The position numbers and the translations under genes were made by a program. From an uncultured delta proteobacterium (GTDB lineage: Bacteria; Myxococcota_A; UBA9160; SZUA-336), in the NCBI GenBank assembly GCA_963704165.1, contig CAVPHD010000002.1:64001-128000 (forward strand): a stretch of 64,000 bases of DNA, written 5' to 3'. Shown in pieces: positions 1-9,612 of the stretch. The notes below the pieces were generated by a model, which saw nothing but the letters and a program-made list of their open reading frames with translations, did not search any database and was not told where the DNA came from. How positions within the stretch are numbered: the first letter of the stretch is position 1; each line of letters opens with the position of its first letter.

Positions 1-540
1 CTTCAGTACCGGGATCGCGAACCGCTCGACGAAGAAGAGTGCACCGACCAGCGCGCAGTCGGCGAGGCTCAGCGCATCGCCGATCGCGAACTCGGAGCCC
101 GCGAGGCCCGACCGATTGCGGTAGGTGTCGACCCACTCGAGCCCGGTCGAGACCTCGGTGGCGAGCATCTTCACGAGCTCGCGGTTGCTGCTGCCGAGAT
201 GCGGCAGCGTCTTGAACATCGGCGAGCAAACGTAGAGGTCGTTCAGCCGCACGAGCAGCCTGACCTGTGCGCGGGCGACCGGGTCGGCCGGCAGCAGGGA
301 GGGCTCGGGATGGAGCTCCTCCAGCAGCTCACAGATCGTTGCCGACTCAGTGATGACTCGGTCGCCGATCTGCAGCGCGGGGATCTTTCCGGTCGGATTG
401 ATCTGCTTGTACTCGTCCGAGCCCGTGCCGCCCGGCGGCAACACCAGATTGACGGTCTTCTCGATCCCCTTTGCGCGTATCTGGATTCGGATGCGGGCGG
501 CGTAGGGGGAGATATCGGCCTGGTAGAGCGTCATGTCCAT
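1..540 (-). CDS. Glutathione S-transferase family protein (3' end outside window)
   Basis: Not in ORF track; manual translation MDMTLYQADISPYAARIRIQ...INPTGKIPALQIGDRVITESATICELLEE is a GST N-domain; GAGGA RBS upstream. Confidence 0.85.
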   Translation of the reverse strand, partial: MDMTLYQADISPYAARIRIQIRAKGIEKTVNLVLPPGGTGSDEYKQINPTGKIPALQIGDRVITESATICELLEELHPEPSLLPADPVARAQVRLLVRLNDLYVCSPMFKTLPHLGSSNRELVKMLATEVSTGLEWVDTYRNRSGLAGSEFAIGDALSLADCALVGALFFVERFAIPVLK

Positions 541-566
541 GTGCTCGTCCTCGTCGATCTCCGCGG

Positions 567-1745
567 TCAGACCAGCAGGTTCTGCATGGGCTGACCGAGC
601 AGAATTCGCCCGTAGTCGGCGTATCTCGATTCGCGGTCGAAGATGACGTGGTTGGACCCTGCCGTGACGTCGCGGAGGGCCCGCTGGATCGGATTGTCGA
701 GACGGCTCCCGCTGGCGCCTGTGACGGAGCAGATGTCCTGCACGGCCTCACGACACATGAAGACCGCGTGGCCCATGCGCGTCAGCCAGGTGCTTCGCGT
801 CTCGATGGACGCGCCATTTCGCTGCGCCATCACGTCGGCGAGCACGCTGCGGAAGAGGAGCTCGGCCGCTTCGATCGAGAGCGCCGCACGCGCGACGACG
901 GAAGGCTTGCCCTGGAGCCGGTCCATGCCGCCGGGCGGGGCCTGGCCCGCCGCCAACTTGGCCTTCGTCTGCGACTGGTACTCCTCGAGCGCCATCTGGG
1001 CTGCGCCGAGCATGGGCAGTCCGGCGGCGAACCCCAGGATGGGCAGGAGTGGAGTGCGATAGAGGGAGCCGGTGTGGAGCCGACTGGCCTCGCCCGTCGC
1101 GTTCATCAGCTCGAGCATCGACACGGCTCGCGTCTCCGGTACGAAGACGTCGTCGATCTTGATGTCCCACGATCCGGTGCCGCAGCACCCTGCGACGTAC
1201 CAGTCGTCGATGGCGTCGACGTCTTCGCGAGGCAGGGCAAAGAAGAGGGGAACAGGCGGCGCGTCCCCGTCCTGGACCAGCGCACCGGCCATTACCCAAT
1301 CGGCGTGGACGATGCCGGTGCCCCACTGCCACAGACCGTTCACTCGATAGCCCCCGTCCACCTTCGTGGCCGTGCCGCCCGCTACGTTCAACGTGGCCGG
1401 GGCGAGGACGTAGTTCCGGTCCGAGAAGAGCTCGTTCTGGAAGCTTTCCGGGTAGCCACAGAACCAGAAGGCGTGCTCGATGTAGAAGCCGATGAGCCAG
1501 CCCAGCGACGCGTCGGCTCGCGAGAGCGTGAGCGCGACCTCGAAGAACGTGTCGATGTCGGCCTCGTGGCCGCCATGGCGCTTCGGGGTCATGAGCGAGA
1601 ACAGGCCGCTCTCGCGAACGGCGTCGATGACCTCGTCCAGGGGGCGTCGGGCGAGTTCTGCGTCGCGCGCTCTGGCGCGCAGCAGTGGGACGAGCTTCTT
1701 GGCGGCTTCGATCAGCGCTGCAGGTTCCATCGGTGAATGCGTCAT
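567..1745 (-). CDS. Flavin-dependent monooxygenase, acyl-CoA dehydrogenase fold (HsaA/DszC-like)
   Basis: 392 aa; PKRHGG.E.D, GYRVNG.WQWGTG, DDW...G..GTGS, NPIQRALRD motifs. Confidence 0.85.
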   Translation of the reverse strand: MTHSPMEPAALIEAAKKLVPLLRARARDAELARRPLDEVIDAVRESGLFSLMTPKRHGGHEADIDTFFEVALTLSRADASLGWLIGFYIEHAFWFCGYPESFQNELFSDRNYVLAPATLNVAGGTATKVDGGYRVNGLWQWGTGIVHADWVMAGALVQDGDAPPVPLFFALPREDVDAIDDWYVAGCCGTGSWDIKIDDVFVPETRAVSMLELMNATGEASRLHTGSLYRTPLLPILGFAAGLPMLGAAQMALEEYQSQTKAKLAAGQAPPGGMDRLQGKPSVVARAALSIEAAELLFRSVLADVMAQRNGASIETRSTWLTRMGHAVFMCREAVQDICSVTGASGSRLDNPIQRALRDVTAGSNHVIFDRESRYADYGRILLGQPMQNLLV

Positions 1746-1776
1746 TTCGTTCTCCGTTGTTTGTCGACGGCGCGTG

Positions 1777-2946
1777 TCAGTACGCGCGCTCGAGGATCTC
1801 GATGATCTGTTCCGGCGATTCGATCGGCCTCGGGTTCGCTCTCACCCAGGCGTTCGGCATGGCACCCGAGGCGATCGCGTCGAAGTGGTGCTTCTCGACG
1901 CCGACGTCGCGGAGTCGGGTCGGAAGGCCCAATCGCTCGACCAACTCTCGCACGGTATCGCCAGCGGCGGAGCCGGGTGATCCGAGCGCATCGGCGATCC
2001 TCTGCTGGGCCTCGGACGTGCGGGTCGCGTTGAAGTCGAGAATCTGCGGCAGCATCACGCAGCTCGTGTAGCCGTGAGGCACGCCCGCGACCGCGCCCAG
2101 CTGATGGCCGATCCCATGGCTCGCGCCGTAGGGCACACGGTTCAGCCCGGCGCAGGCCATCCACACGCCCATCTGGCTGTCGAGGCGTGCCTCGAGATCG
2201 TCCGGCTTCTCGCGGGTAAAGGGCAGCGAGCGGCTCAGCAGGCGAAGGGCCTCGAGCGCGCCGGCATCCGCAATCGGCTCCGGCGCGGTGGAGCAGAGCG
2301 TCTCGACCGCGTGATCGATCGCGCGAACACCCGTCGATAGCCAGAGGGGCATTGGCGTCGCGAGCGTGATCGCGGGGTCGAGGATGACGGCCGCGGGCCC
2401 GATCTCCTTGCCAGAGAAGAGCTGCTTCGTCTGCGTCTCCGGGTCGACGCATCCGCTGAGATCGCTGAACTCCGCACCCGACAAGGTCGTGGGCGCGGCG
2501 ATCTGTCGGAGCGGGGGTGATGCGACGCCGGGCGTGTGCCGCGAACTGTCGTCGCGGACGGAGACCGCGAAGCGAGCCAACTCCTCCGGCTCGTGTACGC
2601 CCTCCGCGAGGCAGAGCAGCGCCATCTTCACCGTGTCGATCGGCGTTCCGCCGCCGATCGTCACGACCAAGTCCGCGTTCCGATCGCGGAGGAAGCCGGC
2701 AAGCTCGAGGACGCTGTCGCGGGGGACGTGTTCGCGCGTCTCGTCGAAGAGGCCTGCGACACACGGACCGAGCGCCGCCCCCAGGGAGTCGACGATGGGC
2801 GTTTCGCGAGACAGCGTCTTCGAGGCGACGATCACGACGCGCTCGGCGCCGCGCTCGGACACCTCGGCCTGCACGGCTTTGGCGAGCGCGAGTCCGAGAT
2901 GGACGCGCTCGAGGCGGAGGTTCTCGAAGCTGCGGGAACGGATCAC
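1777..2946 (-). CDS. Iron-containing alcohol dehydrogenase / maleylacetate reductase-like
   Basis: IGGGTPID, PTTLSGAE, DHAVE, SHGIGHQLG, VPHG motifs; GTG start overlaps marR stop. Confidence 0.85.
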   Translation of the reverse strand: MIRSRSFENLRLERVHLGLALAKAVQAEVSERGAERVVIVASKTLSRETPIVDSLGAALGPCVAGLFDETREHVPRDSVLELAGFLRDRNADLVVTIGGGTPIDTVKMALLCLAEGVHEPEELARFAVSVRDDSSRHTPGVASPPLRQIAAPTTLSGAEFSDLSGCVDPETQTKQLFSGKEIGPAAVILDPAITLATPMPLWLSTGVRAIDHAVETLCSTAPEPIADAGALEALRLLSRSLPFTREKPDDLEARLDSQMGVWMACAGLNRVPYGASHGIGHQLGAVAGVPHGYTSCVMLPQILDFNATRTSEAQQRIADALGSPGSAAGDTVRELVERLGLPTRLRDVGVEKHHFDAIASGAMPNAWVRANPRPIESPEQIIEILERAY

Positions 2947-3425
2947 GGGCGTCTCGTCGAATCCCGGGGGGCGACGCTCTCGATCTCGGGGAGGGCGCCC
3001 CAGCTCTCCTTGAGCGCACTGCGGAGCGCGTCGATCCGCCTCTTGCCCAGGCGCTCCTCGAGCTCGCGCTCCATCCCTCGAATGATCTCGATCGCGTCCC
3101 TTCCGATGGCCGCACCGGACCGCGGGAAGCTCAGAACCTTCCGGCGCCCGTCGGTGGGATCGATCTCGAGGACGATCAGTCCGCGCTCGATCATCGACGT
3201 CGTCGCCTGATTGATCGCCTGGCGTGAGACGCCGAGTGCGCGTGCGATGTCGACGGGACTCGTCACTCCCTGGTCGACGAAGAACATGATCTCGGATTCC
3301 GTGCGCGAGAGCGGTTGCCACCCACGAGCGGCGAGGTTCTCTTGCAGGCAGCGATCCATCCAGCTGAACCCCTGAAGCAGGCCCCACATCAGGTCGGTCC
3401 GTCCCGATCCTTCGGTCTTCGGCAT
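2943..3425 (-). CDS. MarR family transcriptional regulator
   Basis: IARALGVSRQAINQ wHTH and DPTDGRRK wing. Confidence 0.9.
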   Translation of the reverse strand: MPKTEGSGRTDLMWGLLQGFSWMDRCLQENLAARGWQPLSRTESEIMFFVDQGVTSPVDIARALGVSRQAINQATTSMIERGLIVLEIDPTDGRRKVLSFPRSGAAIGRDAIEIIRGMERELEERLGKRRIDALRSALKESWGALPEIESVAPRDSTRRP

Positions 3426-3455
3426 CGGCAGCAGCTTGCCCGCACCCCGTTGGTC

Positions 3456-3495
3456 TGTCAAGTATATTGACTGTCAATCCAGTAGACATTACGCT
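3456..3495. promoter_or_regulatory. Divergent sigma70 promoters with tandem GTCAA-N5-TTGAC operator (likely MarR site)
   Basis: GTCAAgtataTTGAC 3457-3471 and GTCAAtccagTAGAC 3473-3487; TTGACT-N17-TACGCT on + ; TTGACA-N17-CAAGCT on -. Confidence 0.7.
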
Positions 3496-3503
3496 CCCCC
3501 CAG

Positions 3504-5099
3504 ATGGCGAATTCGCGGAGCGGTGACGAGCGCGGCCACGGGACTGGCTTCGAGTGGCGGGTCCCCGAGGCGTTCAACTTCTCGGCGGACGTCGTGGATC
3601 GCTGGGCGGAGGATCCGGACCGCCTCGCGCTCATCGCGGTGAATGCCGACGGCCGCGAAGAGCGCTTCACCTATGCCGAGATCGCAAGACGCGCGGCGCA
3701 GCTTGCGAGCCTCCTCGGGGAGCTCGGCATCGAAAAGGGCGATCGCGTCATCGTCATGCTGCCACGCATCCCCGAGTGGCAGATCACGATGGTCGCGACG
3801 ACGCGCATGGGCGCCGTTCCGATCCCCTGCATCACGATGCTGACGACGTCGGACCTCGCCTACCGTGTTCGGCACGCGGGCGCGAAGGGCGTGGTCACGA
3901 CCGCCGCTGAGGCAGGGAAGTTCGAGGGGCTCTCGGGGCTCACGGCGCGAGTCTGTGTCGGCGACGCTTCTGACGGTTGGACTTCGTTCTCGGAGGCGGC
4001 GGATCGGTCCGACGCGTTCGCGCCCGCCCAGGTGCTCGCCGAAGACCCCGCGATCCTCTACTACACGTCTGGCTCGACGGGGCCGCCCAAGGGTGTGACC
4101 CACGCCGCTCGCGCACTCTGGGCGTGGTCGAGTTCGGCAGAGCATTGGCTCGGCCTCGGGTCGGACGACCGCATCTGGTGCACGGCGGACACGGGCTGGT
4201 CGAAGGCGGGGACGAGCATCCTCTTCGGGCCTTGGAGCCGCGGCGCCTCGGTGCTCTTCTATGACGGACCGTTCGAGCCGAAGACGCGCTTCGAGCTGCT
4301 CGAGCGGTACGAGGTGACCTGCTTCTGTGCGGCCGCTACGGAGCTCCGACGGCTGATCCGCGAGGACGCTTCGGGCTTCGATCTGACACGGCTCAAATCG
4401 ACGGTCTCGGCCGGCGAGTCCGTGAACCCGGAGATCATCGACCGCTGGCGTGAGATCTCGGGGACCACCGTGCTCGACGGCTACGGCCAGACCGAGACCC
4501 TGATGACGGTGACGAACCGACCCGGGCGTCCGGTGAAGCCGGGCTCGATGGGGCGGCCGCTCCCGGGCGTGGCGATCGCCGTACGGACCACCGGCGGGAA
4601 GCTCGCGGTCGAGGGCAGGGGCGAACTCCTGATCGGGCTCCCGAATCCCCAGCTCATGCTCGGCTACCGCGACGACGCGGAACGCACGGAGCTGGCCCGA
4701 GTGGCCCTCGCGGGCGCGGAGTGGTTCGCGACGGGAGACAACGTCGTGATCGACGCTGACGGCTACGTCTTCTTCACGGGCCGTACGGACGACATCATCA
4801 ACTCGTCCGGCTATCGGATCGGGCCGCAAGAGGTCGAGAACGCCCTGTCTCGACATCCGGCGGTCCAGGAGTGCGCCGTGGTCGGCGTGGCCGATGCGGA
4901 CCGCGGCGAGATCGTGAAGGCGTGGGTCGTCCTCAACGACGGCTACGACGAAGGTCCGGACCTGGTCGCAGCCCTGCAGGATCACACGAAGGAAGCGACG
5001 GCCCCTTACAAGTACCCCCGAGCCATCGAGTTCTCACGCGGTCTTCCCAAGACGGTCACGGGGAAGATCCGCCGCAACGTGCTCCGGGCGCGTGGCTGA
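3504..5099 (+). CDS. Acyl-CoA synthetase (medium-chain ACSM-like)
   Basis: YYTSGSTGPPKG, YGQTE, GRTDDII, LPKTVTGKIRR adenylation motifs. Confidence 0.92.
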   Translation: MANSRSGDERGHGTGFEWRVPEAFNFSADVVDRWAEDPDRLALIAVNADGREERFTYAEIARRAAQLASLLGELGIEKGDRVIVMLPRIPEWQITMVATTRMGAVPIPCITMLTTSDLAYRVRHAGAKGVVTTAAEAGKFEGLSGLTARVCVGDASDGWTSFSEAADRSDAFAPAQVLAEDPAILYYTSGSTGPPKGVTHAARALWAWSSSAEHWLGLGSDDRIWCTADTGWSKAGTSILFGPWSRGASVLFYDGPFEPKTRFELLERYEVTCFCAAATELRRLIREDASGFDLTRLKSTVSAGESVNPEIIDRWREISGTTVLDGYGQTETLMTVTNRPGRPVKPGSMGRPLPGVAIAVRTTGGKLAVEGRGELLIGLPNPQLMLGYRDDAERTELARVALAGAEWFATGDNVVIDADGYVFFTGRTDDIINSSGYRIGPQEVENALSRHPAVQECAVVGVADADRGEIVKAWVVLNDGYDEGPDLVAALQDHTKEATAPYKYPRAIEFSRGLPKTVTGKIRRNVLRARG

Positions 5100-5134
5100 G
5101 ATCCTCACAACTGATCAACAAGGAGAAGCGAATC

Positions 5135-5842
5135 ATGTCCGTCAGCAATCCCATTCACCCCAACGGCATTCATCACTTGGCGATCTGCACCGCGGACATC
5201 AAGGCGCAGATCGAGTTCTTCAACGACGTCCTCGGCATGGAACTCGTCGGGCTCTACTGGATGCACGGCGTCGAAGGTACGTGGCACGCATTCGTGAAGC
5301 TGCACGACACCTCGTATCTGGCCTTCGTGCAGTCCCCCGAGGTCGCCAAGATCGAGCGTACGCTGGGGGTCACGCACGCCGGGAACGCCGCGAATCCCAT
5401 CGCGGGAGGTCTCATGCAGCACCTCGCCTTCAACGTCGACACCGAGGAGGAGATGCTCGCGCTTCGCGACCGGATCCGTTCGCGCGGAATAGCCGTCATC
5501 GGGCCGATCAACCACGGCCTCTGCAAGTCGATCTACTTCGCGGGGCTCGAGGATCTCACGCTCGAGGTCGCGACGTCGGCGAAGGCCATCGACGGACGGG
5601 CCTGGACCGATCCCGAGGTTGTCGCGCTCGCGGGGATCTCGCCGGACGAGCTCGAGCGGTACCGTAACCCGGTCCCGTACAAGTCGCAGGGTCGACCGGT
5701 TCCCCAGCCGGCGTACGATCCCGACAAGCCTCATATGAGCGGCTATCCGGAGGGGCTGTACAAGGAGATGATCGCGACGCCGGACGAGGTCATTGCGGAA
5801 CAAGCCAACTGGTCCGATCCGCCGGTGAAGGTCGTAGATTGA
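5135..5842 (+). CDS. VOC (glyoxalase) family protein
   Basis: GIHHLAI, MQHLAFNV, SIYF..E metal-binding pattern; AGGAG RBS. Confidence 0.85.
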   Translation: MSVSNPIHPNGIHHLAICTADIKAQIEFFNDVLGMELVGLYWMHGVEGTWHAFVKLHDTSYLAFVQSPEVAKIERTLGVTHAGNAANPIAGGLMQHLAFNVDTEEEMLALRDRIRSRGIAVIGPINHGLCKSIYFAGLEDLTLEVATSAKAIDGRAWTDPEVVALAGISPDELERYRNPVPYKSQGRPVPQPAYDPDKPHMSGYPEGLYKEMIATPDEVIAEQANWSDPPVKVVD

Positions 5843-5846
5843 GCCG

Positions 5847-6063
5847 ATGACGGTCTCGATCGGTCTGTAGGGAAGGGTCTCCCCGTTGCGGGCGGGCCGA
5901 GCGGGATCGGACTCGGCATCGCTCGCCGTCGCGGATGACGCCGAAGTGTGTGCACTGGCCGACGACTTCCGCCGGCTCGACGTGCGGGTCGCGAGCGTGG
6001 GCACGGTCGCGTACGGCGGCGTCGACCGCGGGAGCTCGGAAGGGGCGAGGCTTCGCCGCTAGC
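5847..6063 (+). pseudogene. Decayed short-chain dehydrogenase remnant
   Basis: MTVSIGL*GKGLPVAGGPSGIGLGIARR (GGxSGIG) then RLDVRVASVG in another frame; internal stop and deletion. Confidence 0.55.
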
Positions 6064-6122
6064 GGCTGTACTCGTCGGACCGTTCGGGCCGACGGGTTGC
6101 TGAATCCTGGAGCAGGGATTCG

Positions 6123-6199
<77 letters not shown>

Positions 6200-6383
6200 C
6201 CGAGTGGGCCGGAGGATCGCCCGGAGTCGGGGCGCTGTCAATTCGCGCGCGGAATTCGAGCACTGCGCCAAGGAGTTGATGCAGGCGCTTGCCCCATCAG
6301 CGATGTGCAGGTCGACACGTCTTCGTGCGCGGGTGCCACTTTTCGTCAAGGCTCATCTCCCGGGGCCTCGAGGAGGGATGGTT

Positions 6384-6914
6384 ATGACGCGTCGGAACTG
6401 GATCGCGATGGTGATCCTCGCGCTGGCGGCCGCCGCGCCGCAGCCTGCGGCCGCGGACTACTGGCGCTACGAGACCGAGACCGGCGGGGTCGCGTTCACC
6501 GACGACCCGAAGGGTATTCCGGCGAAGTACCAGGCGAGCGCGCGTGCGGTCGCCGAGGCGAGCCTCTTCGACTACGACCGCCTCTCGGTTGTCGAGCCCG
6601 TCGCGCGCCCGATTCCAGCGCCGACGCACGATCGTGTCACACGCGGGGACTCGGCCGTCCCGGTCTTCGCATGGCCGGTGACGGAGGCGACGGAGCCCGC
6701 GCGATCGGCGCATTCGGGCTCGCGCGTGCGCGTCAACGTCGGTGGCATGCAGATCGACGTGGATGGCGCCGAGGACGAGGACGAGCCGCTCTACGTCGAC
6801 CGTTCGCAGTACGTCGACCTCGACGGCGATTACATCGAGCACAACGGGATCATGTCTCCGACCACGATCATCCGCCGCGGCGACAAGCCGATCGCCTACA
6901 TCGACGAGCGCTGA
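6384..6914 (+). CDS. Secreted DUF4124-like protein
   Basis: Signal peptide then YWRYETETGGVAFTDDP. Confidence 0.65.
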   Translation: MTRRNWIAMVILALAAAAPQPAAADYWRYETETGGVAFTDDPKGIPAKYQASARAVAEASLFDYDRLSVVEPVARPIPAPTHDRVTRGDSAVPVFAWPVTEATEPARSAHSGSRVRVNVGGMQIDVDGAEDEDEPLYVDRSQYVDLDGDYIEHNGIMSPTTIIRRGDKPIAYIDER

Positions 6915-6923
6915 GCCGCGCGA

Positions 6924-7409
6924 TCAGCGCGGGATCGAGGCCGGAACCGGGGCTCCACTCGCGGGCAAGCCGGCGGCCTCGAAGACCGCGAGGTCGGGCG
7001 AGACCTCCCAGCGCCGCTCGAGCTCGAGAAATCGCCACGTCTGCTTCTGACGCAGCCTGCGTTCGGTGAGCCCGGGCGGGTTGTAGAACTCCCAGCCGAC
7101 GAGCACGTCGACCTCGCGACCGGTGGTGCCCTTCGGGATCGTGGTCAGCACCTCGGCCGCGGTGAAGCGGAACCGGCCCGGATCCCCGTCGAAGAGCTCG
7201 AAGAACTGCTCGCGCTGTTCGGGTGCCATCTGCGCGGCGGCCTGCTGGAGCCGACCCCAGCGCACGTCCTGGATGTACGCGTTCGCGCTCTCGTCGACCT
7301 CGGGAAACGCGTTCTCGCCAAACGACTCCATCACGATCGCCGGGATCGCGCACCCGGCGAGAAGCGGCGCACACGCGAGAATGGACAGAGCGAGAACTCG
7401 TCGCAGCAT
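6924..7409 (-). CDS. Hypothetical lipoprotein
   Basis: MLRRVLALSILACAPLLAGC lipobox. Confidence 0.7.
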   Translation of the reverse strand: MLRRVLALSILACAPLLAGCAIPAIVMESFGENAFPEVDESANAYIQDVRWGRLQQAAAQMAPEQREQFFELFDGDPGRFRFTAAEVLTTIPKGTTGREVDVLVGWEFYNPPGLTERRLRQKQTWRFLELERRWEVSPDLAVFEAAGLPASGAPVPASIPR

Positions 7410-7492
7410 CGATCGCACCCCCCGAGCAAGACCTATCGGCTTCAAAGTGGCATTTTCCAAAGCGGACGGCAGGGGAGGCGGGGGAGAGACGC

Positions 7493-8488
7493 GTGGCATC
7501 GGGGCAGGGGATTCTGCTCGGGATCGACATCGGCGGCACCAAGACGCAGATCGCGCTGGGCCGGGCCGACGGCGAGATCCTGCGCGAAGCGCATCTCGAG
7601 GCGTGGGCCTCGGGGAGCTTCGCGCGCGACCTCGACACGGTCGCCGCGCGCGCGCTCGCGTTGCTCGACGAGGCGGGCGTGGCCGCGAGCGAGATCGACG
7701 CCGTGGGTGTTTCCGCGCCGGGTCCGCTCGATCCGGTCGCGGGCGTGATTCACGCTGCGCCGAACCTGCCCGGCTGGATCGACGTGCCGATCCGCGCACG
7801 GCTCGAGCGCGCGCTCGGCCGGCCGGTGCGGCTCGAGAACGACGCCAACGCCGCCGCGCTCGCCGAGTGGCGCTACGGCGCGGGTCGAGGCTCGCGCGCG
7901 TTCGTCTTCCTCACGATGAGCACCGGCGTCGGGGGCGGCCTCGTGCTCGATGGCCGGCTCTATCGCGGTGCACGCTACGGCGCGGGAGAGATCGGGCACA
8001 TTCCCGTCGTCCCTGGCGGACGGCGCTGCGCGTGTGGCTTGCGCGGCTGCCTCGAGGCGTACACCGGAGGCGCCGCGATCGCGGCGCGCATCCGCGAGGA
8101 TCTGGCGGCGGGCGCGCGAACGTCGATCCGGGATCTCGTCGTGGGCGATCCGGCGCGCGTCAACGCGCACGTCTGGGTCGAGGCGCTGCGAGCGGGCGAT
8201 GCCTACGCGACGCGTCTGCACGAGGAGTGGCTCGATCGGCTCGCACAGGGAATCGCGATCGTCGCGCTCTCGCTCGACCCGGACTGCATCGCGCTCGGCA
8301 CGATCGTCGCGCGCAACGTCGACATCTTTCTGGAGCCGCTGCGCGAGCGCGTCTTCGAGCGGGTCTGGGAACACCTGCGCGACACACGCATCGTGGCCGG
8401 GGAGCTGGGCGAGCGCCTGCCGGCCTACGCTGGATTGTGTACCGCGTTGCTCGACCCGCTCGACGCGTCCGGATCCGCCGTGAAATAG
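7493..8488 (+). CDS. ROK family sugar kinase (glucokinase-like)
   Basis: GIDIGGTK, ENDANAAALAE, GEIGH, CxCGxxGCLE. Confidence 0.93.
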   Translation: MASGQGILLGIDIGGTKTQIALGRADGEILREAHLEAWASGSFARDLDTVAARALALLDEAGVAASEIDAVGVSAPGPLDPVAGVIHAAPNLPGWIDVPIRARLERALGRPVRLENDANAAALAEWRYGAGRGSRAFVFLTMSTGVGGGLVLDGRLYRGARYGAGEIGHIPVVPGGRRCACGLRGCLEAYTGGAAIAARIREDLAAGARTSIRDLVVGDPARVNAHVWVEALRAGDAYATRLHEEWLDRLAQGIAIVALSLDPDCIALGTIVARNVDIFLEPLRERVFERVWEHLRDTRIVAGELGERLPAYAGLCTALLDPLDASGSAVK

Positions 8489-9612
8489 CCCGAGCGCCAG
8501 ACTTCAACGTATTCTCGAAGTCTGGCGACGGCAATGGCCTCGCGAAGATCGCGGACGAGCTTCATGTAATACGCGATGTTGTGAAGCGACAGGAGGCGCG
8601 CGCCGAGCGAGTCGCCGCTGGTCAGCAGGTGCCGGAGGTACGCGCGCGAGTGGCGGCGGCAGGCAGGGCACGCGCACTCGGGGTCGAGCGGGAGCGGGTC
8701 GTCGCGGTAGCGCGCGTTCCGAAGGTTGACGCGACCCCGCGACGTGAACACCGAGCCGTGTCGGCCGTGGCGTGTGGGCACGACGCAGTCGAAGAGATCG
8801 ACACCGGCCTGCACTCCGGCGACGAGATCCTCCGGCAGACCCAGGCCCATCAGGTAGCGCGGGGCCGCTTCGGGAAGGACTGAAATCGCGGCGCTCGCGA
8901 GCCGGAGGCGAGCCTCGGGCGATTCCCCGACGCCCAGGCCGCCAATCGCGAAGGCGTCGAATCCGAGCGCGCGCGTCCGCTCGGCGCTCTCGGCGCGCAG
9001 ATCCTCGCGGTCACCCCCCTGGACGATGCCAAAGAGCCGTTGATCGCCGCGCCGGTGGGCGTCGCGACAGCGCGCGGCCCAGCGCAGGCTGCGCTCGAGG
9101 CAGGCGCGTGTTCGCTCGCGCGTCGGATCGATCTCCGGGGCGATCGCCTCGAACTCGTCGAGAACCACGATGAAGTCGGCGCCGAGCGCTTCCTGGATCT
9201 CGATGGCGCGTTCCGGTGACAGAAAGACCTTCCGGCCATCGACGGGGCTGCGGAACTCGACGCCCGCCTCGCCGCGCTCGCAGTGCGCACCCAACGAGAA
9301 GATCTGGAAGCCGCCGGAATCCGTGAGAATCGGCCCCGGCCAGCCCATGAATTCGTGCAGCCCGCCGTGCGCCTGCACGAGCGCTTCGCCCGGTCGCAGA
9401 CTCAGGTGGTAGGTGTTCGCGAGCAGGCCCTGCACGCCGACGCGCGCGAGCTCGTCGGGCGAGAGTCCGCGCACCGCGCCATAGGTTCCGACGGGCAAGA
9501 ATGCCGGCGTCTCGAGCGCGCCGTGGCGGGTCTCGAAGCGGCCGGCACGCGCGCGCCCGTCGTGCGCTTCCAGGACGAAGCGCGGCCGCTTCGGTTCGAC
9601 TAGCGAATCCAG
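8425..9612 (-). CDS. tgt: tRNA-guanine transglycosylase
   Basis: LANTYHL, TDSGGFQ, GIVQGG, DCVVPTR, CxCxxC..H; start uncertain (CTG 9612 proposed). Confidence 0.93.
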   Translation of the reverse strand: MDSLVEPKRPRFVLEAHDGRARAGRFETRHGALETPAFLPVGTYGAVRGLSPDELARVGVQGLLANTYHLSLRPGEALVQAHGGLHEFMGWPGPILTDSGGFQIFSLGAHCERGEAGVEFRSPVDGRKVFLSPERAIEIQEALGADFIVVLDEFEAIAPEIDPTRERTRACLERSLRWAARCRDAHRRGDQRLFGIVQGGDREDLRAESAERTRALGFDAFAIGGLGVGESPEARLRLASAAISVLPEAAPRYLMGLGLPEDLVAGVQAGVDLFDCVVPTRHGRHGSVFTSRGRVNLRNARYRDDPLPLDPECACPACRRHSRAYLRHLLTSGDSLGARLLSLHNIAYYMKLVRDLREAIAVARLREYVEVWRSGYFTADPDASSGSSNAVHNPA

